From Octopus sinensis (lineage: Eukaryota), in NCBI RefSeq assembly GCF_006345805.1, contig NW_021828616.1:1-8040 (forward strand): 8,040 nt of DNA. The letters run 5' to 3'. Made by a program: the position numbers and the translations under genes. Shown here piece by piece: positions 6,225 to 8,040 of this stretch. How positions within the stretch are numbered: the stretch's first letter is position 1; each line of letters starts with the position of its first letter. Below the pieces are notes generated by a model. It had not been told where the DNA came from. It saw nothing but the letters and a program-made list of their open reading frames with translations, and ran no database searches.

Positions 6225-6602
6225 TTGAGCATGTCATTTAATGGGTGGCGATATGTGTATCTCTGATCACGAGCATCATAGCTATGCGTCGAGAGGAATT
6301 CTTTGGAGTTGGGATAATTCCCGTTTGGAAACATGGGTGTTTCGTTCAAACCTTATTCAGGGACGTTTGGGAACGGGATGGGCTACTCGATCTGAGGAAA
6401 ATTCTAACTGGGCCCCACCTGCAATGTGCTGCTTATCTTGCTATGAGCTCACCAAGCTGCGCACATATGGTTGTGACACATGTGTCTGGTGTACCCTTAT
6501 CAGACGGGTAGTCATGATGGGTATACTGGGCTTCGTATATTTCACCCCAGTGTCACTTTGATGGCATGTACTGCTCTCTCAATCAATAATAGTAATGATG
6601 AT
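6224..6602 (+). mobile_element. Unclassified retroposon-like repeat, family C (copy C2), 3' end with AAT/GAT tail
   Basis: Homologous (inverted) to 3739-4024 and extends to ...CTGCTCTCTCAATC followed by AATAATAGTAATGATGAT, as expected for a LINE/SINE 3' end. No recognisable protein in ORFs 6241..6561 or 6245..6511. Confidence 0.8.
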
Positions 6603-6642
6603 TTTTGTGCTTTAGGAATCTTTCATCCTATGCGTGCGTGAT

Positions 6643-6710
6643 TGAGAGAGTGATGGAGAGAGAATGAGAGAGAAAAAATGATAGAGTTGGACAGACAGAC
6701 TGACAGAAGT
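6643..6710. repeat. GA-rich / (GACA)n low-complexity tract
   Basis: gagagagtgatggagagagaatgagagag...gacagacagactgacaga. Confidence 0.65.
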
Positions 6711-7199
6711 GGGTGTTTAAAATGAAGGCTGCTGGCAAGTGCGCACGTATGTATAGGAACGCTGGTTACGCTCCAATACGCACTCACAGAAAGCCATTAG
6801 CTGTCTGGATACACGTTTATGAGCACAAGCGCTAAATGTTTGTATGCGTTTGAGTGTGTCTACGCACGGATATTTATTGGCCTGCAGATTTTTGTGTGAA
6901 GTTCTTTCGTTTGACAACTTTGCGCATGCGTTTTGAGAATCGGGGAAACGACACGACCTAGCATGATAATGGAGAGATTATAGAAGATTAATGTGATTAA
7001 CGATATTAACGAGATTAAACGAGGCAGGTTATTTTTTGCACACGCAAAACAACATCCAAACGGTTCATTAAGAAGTAGACAAATATATTGTCGACCTGTT
7101 GAGAAGTTCAAGTTTGTGTTCTGCAAGAAACCTGATACAAATTTTTGAAACAGGAGGAAAGCTGTTTGTATACTTCTCATATTAATACTCTTACCTTAA

Positions 7200-7858
7200 A
7201 TAATGAGTATTGGCCTCCCTGTAGTAGTCCAATCTGGTATTATTCCCCTTAAGACAATCCTGAATTTGTTCCCTCAGCCTCCCATGTAAACTCCTAGAAC
7301 TAAATCTGGTCCCGGACCTTTTCATTTCGGCATTTTCGTTACCACTTTTCATTAATGCACTATTTAATCTCAGCTCCAACGTTAGTGATTCCTTCTCATT
7401 AGCAGCACACTCTAGCAGGTCTTGTTTCCTTTTTACCAAATGATCTAACTTTGTTTCTTCCTTCACTGTTGCTGCACACCTATACGCTAATCACGCCATG
7501 TATAAGTTCACCTCAAGGTAGCGGACGCCATGCAATGTCATTCTTTTCTCGGGTTGTAGGATCGTGTTGTCAATGTTAGCTTGTGTCCATTTCAGGATGG
7601 GCGCACTAATGCGGACTACAGTAACGGCTCATATGTTCATTGATTTGAGTTTTGATTTGTAGAGAAATTTGAGGCGCTTCAAATACGAAACGATAACCTT
7701 GTCTTTCGTTTCTCCCTGTAAGTTATTGTCCAACCCCAAGATTCCAATTTACTTGCACCGATCTTCATCGGGGTTCTCCACTCACTCTGCTCATTATCCC
7801 CTTTCATAATGAGTACCGTACACATCGAGATACCAAATTCCATCCCAACATCCCATTA
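7200..7858 (-). mobile_element. Decayed R4/Dong-clade non-LTR retrotransposon fragment (end of reverse transcriptase, thumb and linker); pseudogenised
   Basis: Manual minus-strand translation gives DVGMEFGISMCTVLIMKG (from 7852). After a frameshift it reads DEDRCK*IGILGLDNNLQGETKDKVIVSYLKRLKFLYKSKLKSMNI*AVTVVRISAPILKWTQANID...KRMTLHG...NLYMA*...VKEETKLDHLVKRKQDLLECAANEK...SRSLHGR. This follows the R4/Dong motif order as I recall it (DIGMEFGLDKC, YKYLGILE, KSKLN, RYSAxIxxWT, MTxHG, RLY, KxLHG). In-frame stops at 7751, 7631 and 7493. Includes ORF 7191..7466. Confidence 0.82.
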
Positions 7859-7864
7859 CTATCA

Positions 7865-8040
7865 AGGCATCGAGCCGGCAGAATTATTAGCAGGATGAAC
7901 GAAATGCTTAGCGGTACTTCGCTTGTTGCTACGTTCTGAGTTCAATTTCCAGCGAGGTGTCTTTCATCGTTCAGTGGTTATTAAATTAAGTATTATTGAA
8001 ACACTGGAATCGATGTAATCGATAAGTCCATTCACCACAA
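7865..8040 (+). mobile_element. tRNA-derived SINE, family A (diverged copy A4, runs off the window end)
   Basis: aggcatcgagccggcagaattattagc...gaaatgcttagcggtacttcg...acgttctgagttcaatttcc...taaattaagta...actggaatcgatgtaatcga, colinear with 3424-3590. Confidence 0.88.

Noticed and set aside
6010-7180. ORFs 6010..6228, 6241..6561, 6245..6511, 6717..6917 and 6860..7180
   Set aside because: Antisense to or within repeat UTRs, or short with no recognisable motifs.
7191-7466. 91-aa ORF as a host coiled-coil exon with donor AAG|GTAAGA at 7194
   Set aside because: No pyrimidine-rich acceptor upstream, and the same frame continues through stops into R4/Dong RT motifs, so it is retrotransposon-derived. 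Exonisation is not formally excluded.
1-8040. CRISPR array, prokaryotic operon or hammerhead ribozyme
   Set aside because: No regular repeat-spacer pattern, no gene-dense structure, and no CUGANGA...GAAA core in a plausible three-stem context.

Overview
AT-rich, repeat-dense eukaryotic intronic or intergenic DNA. The SINE families and heavy microsatellite load look like octopus or another coleoid cephalopod; this is recalled similarity, not a database result. No intact gene, RNA gene or CRISPR array is supported. The window holds four copies of a tRNA-derived SINE (family A), three copies of a second tRNA-derived SINE (family B), and two inverted copies of an unclassified retroposon-like 3' segment (family C). 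It also holds the 3' end of a probable Tx1/L1-clade LINE (5851-6224, minus), a decayed R4/Dong-clade LINE reverse-transcriptase fragment (~7200-7858, minus) and long compound microsatellites. Most ORFs in the supplied track are microsatellite or repeat artefacts. Best leads: (1) the tail of one SINE-A copy matches the 3' terminus of the Tx1-like LINE in the same window, suggesting a SINE-LINE partnership; (2) the SINE families look modular, with a shared core and swapped heads and tails; (3) five tiny splice-site-bounded segments on the plus strand join into one open frame, a speculative micro-exon chain; (4) several inverted repeat pairs could form dsRNA.
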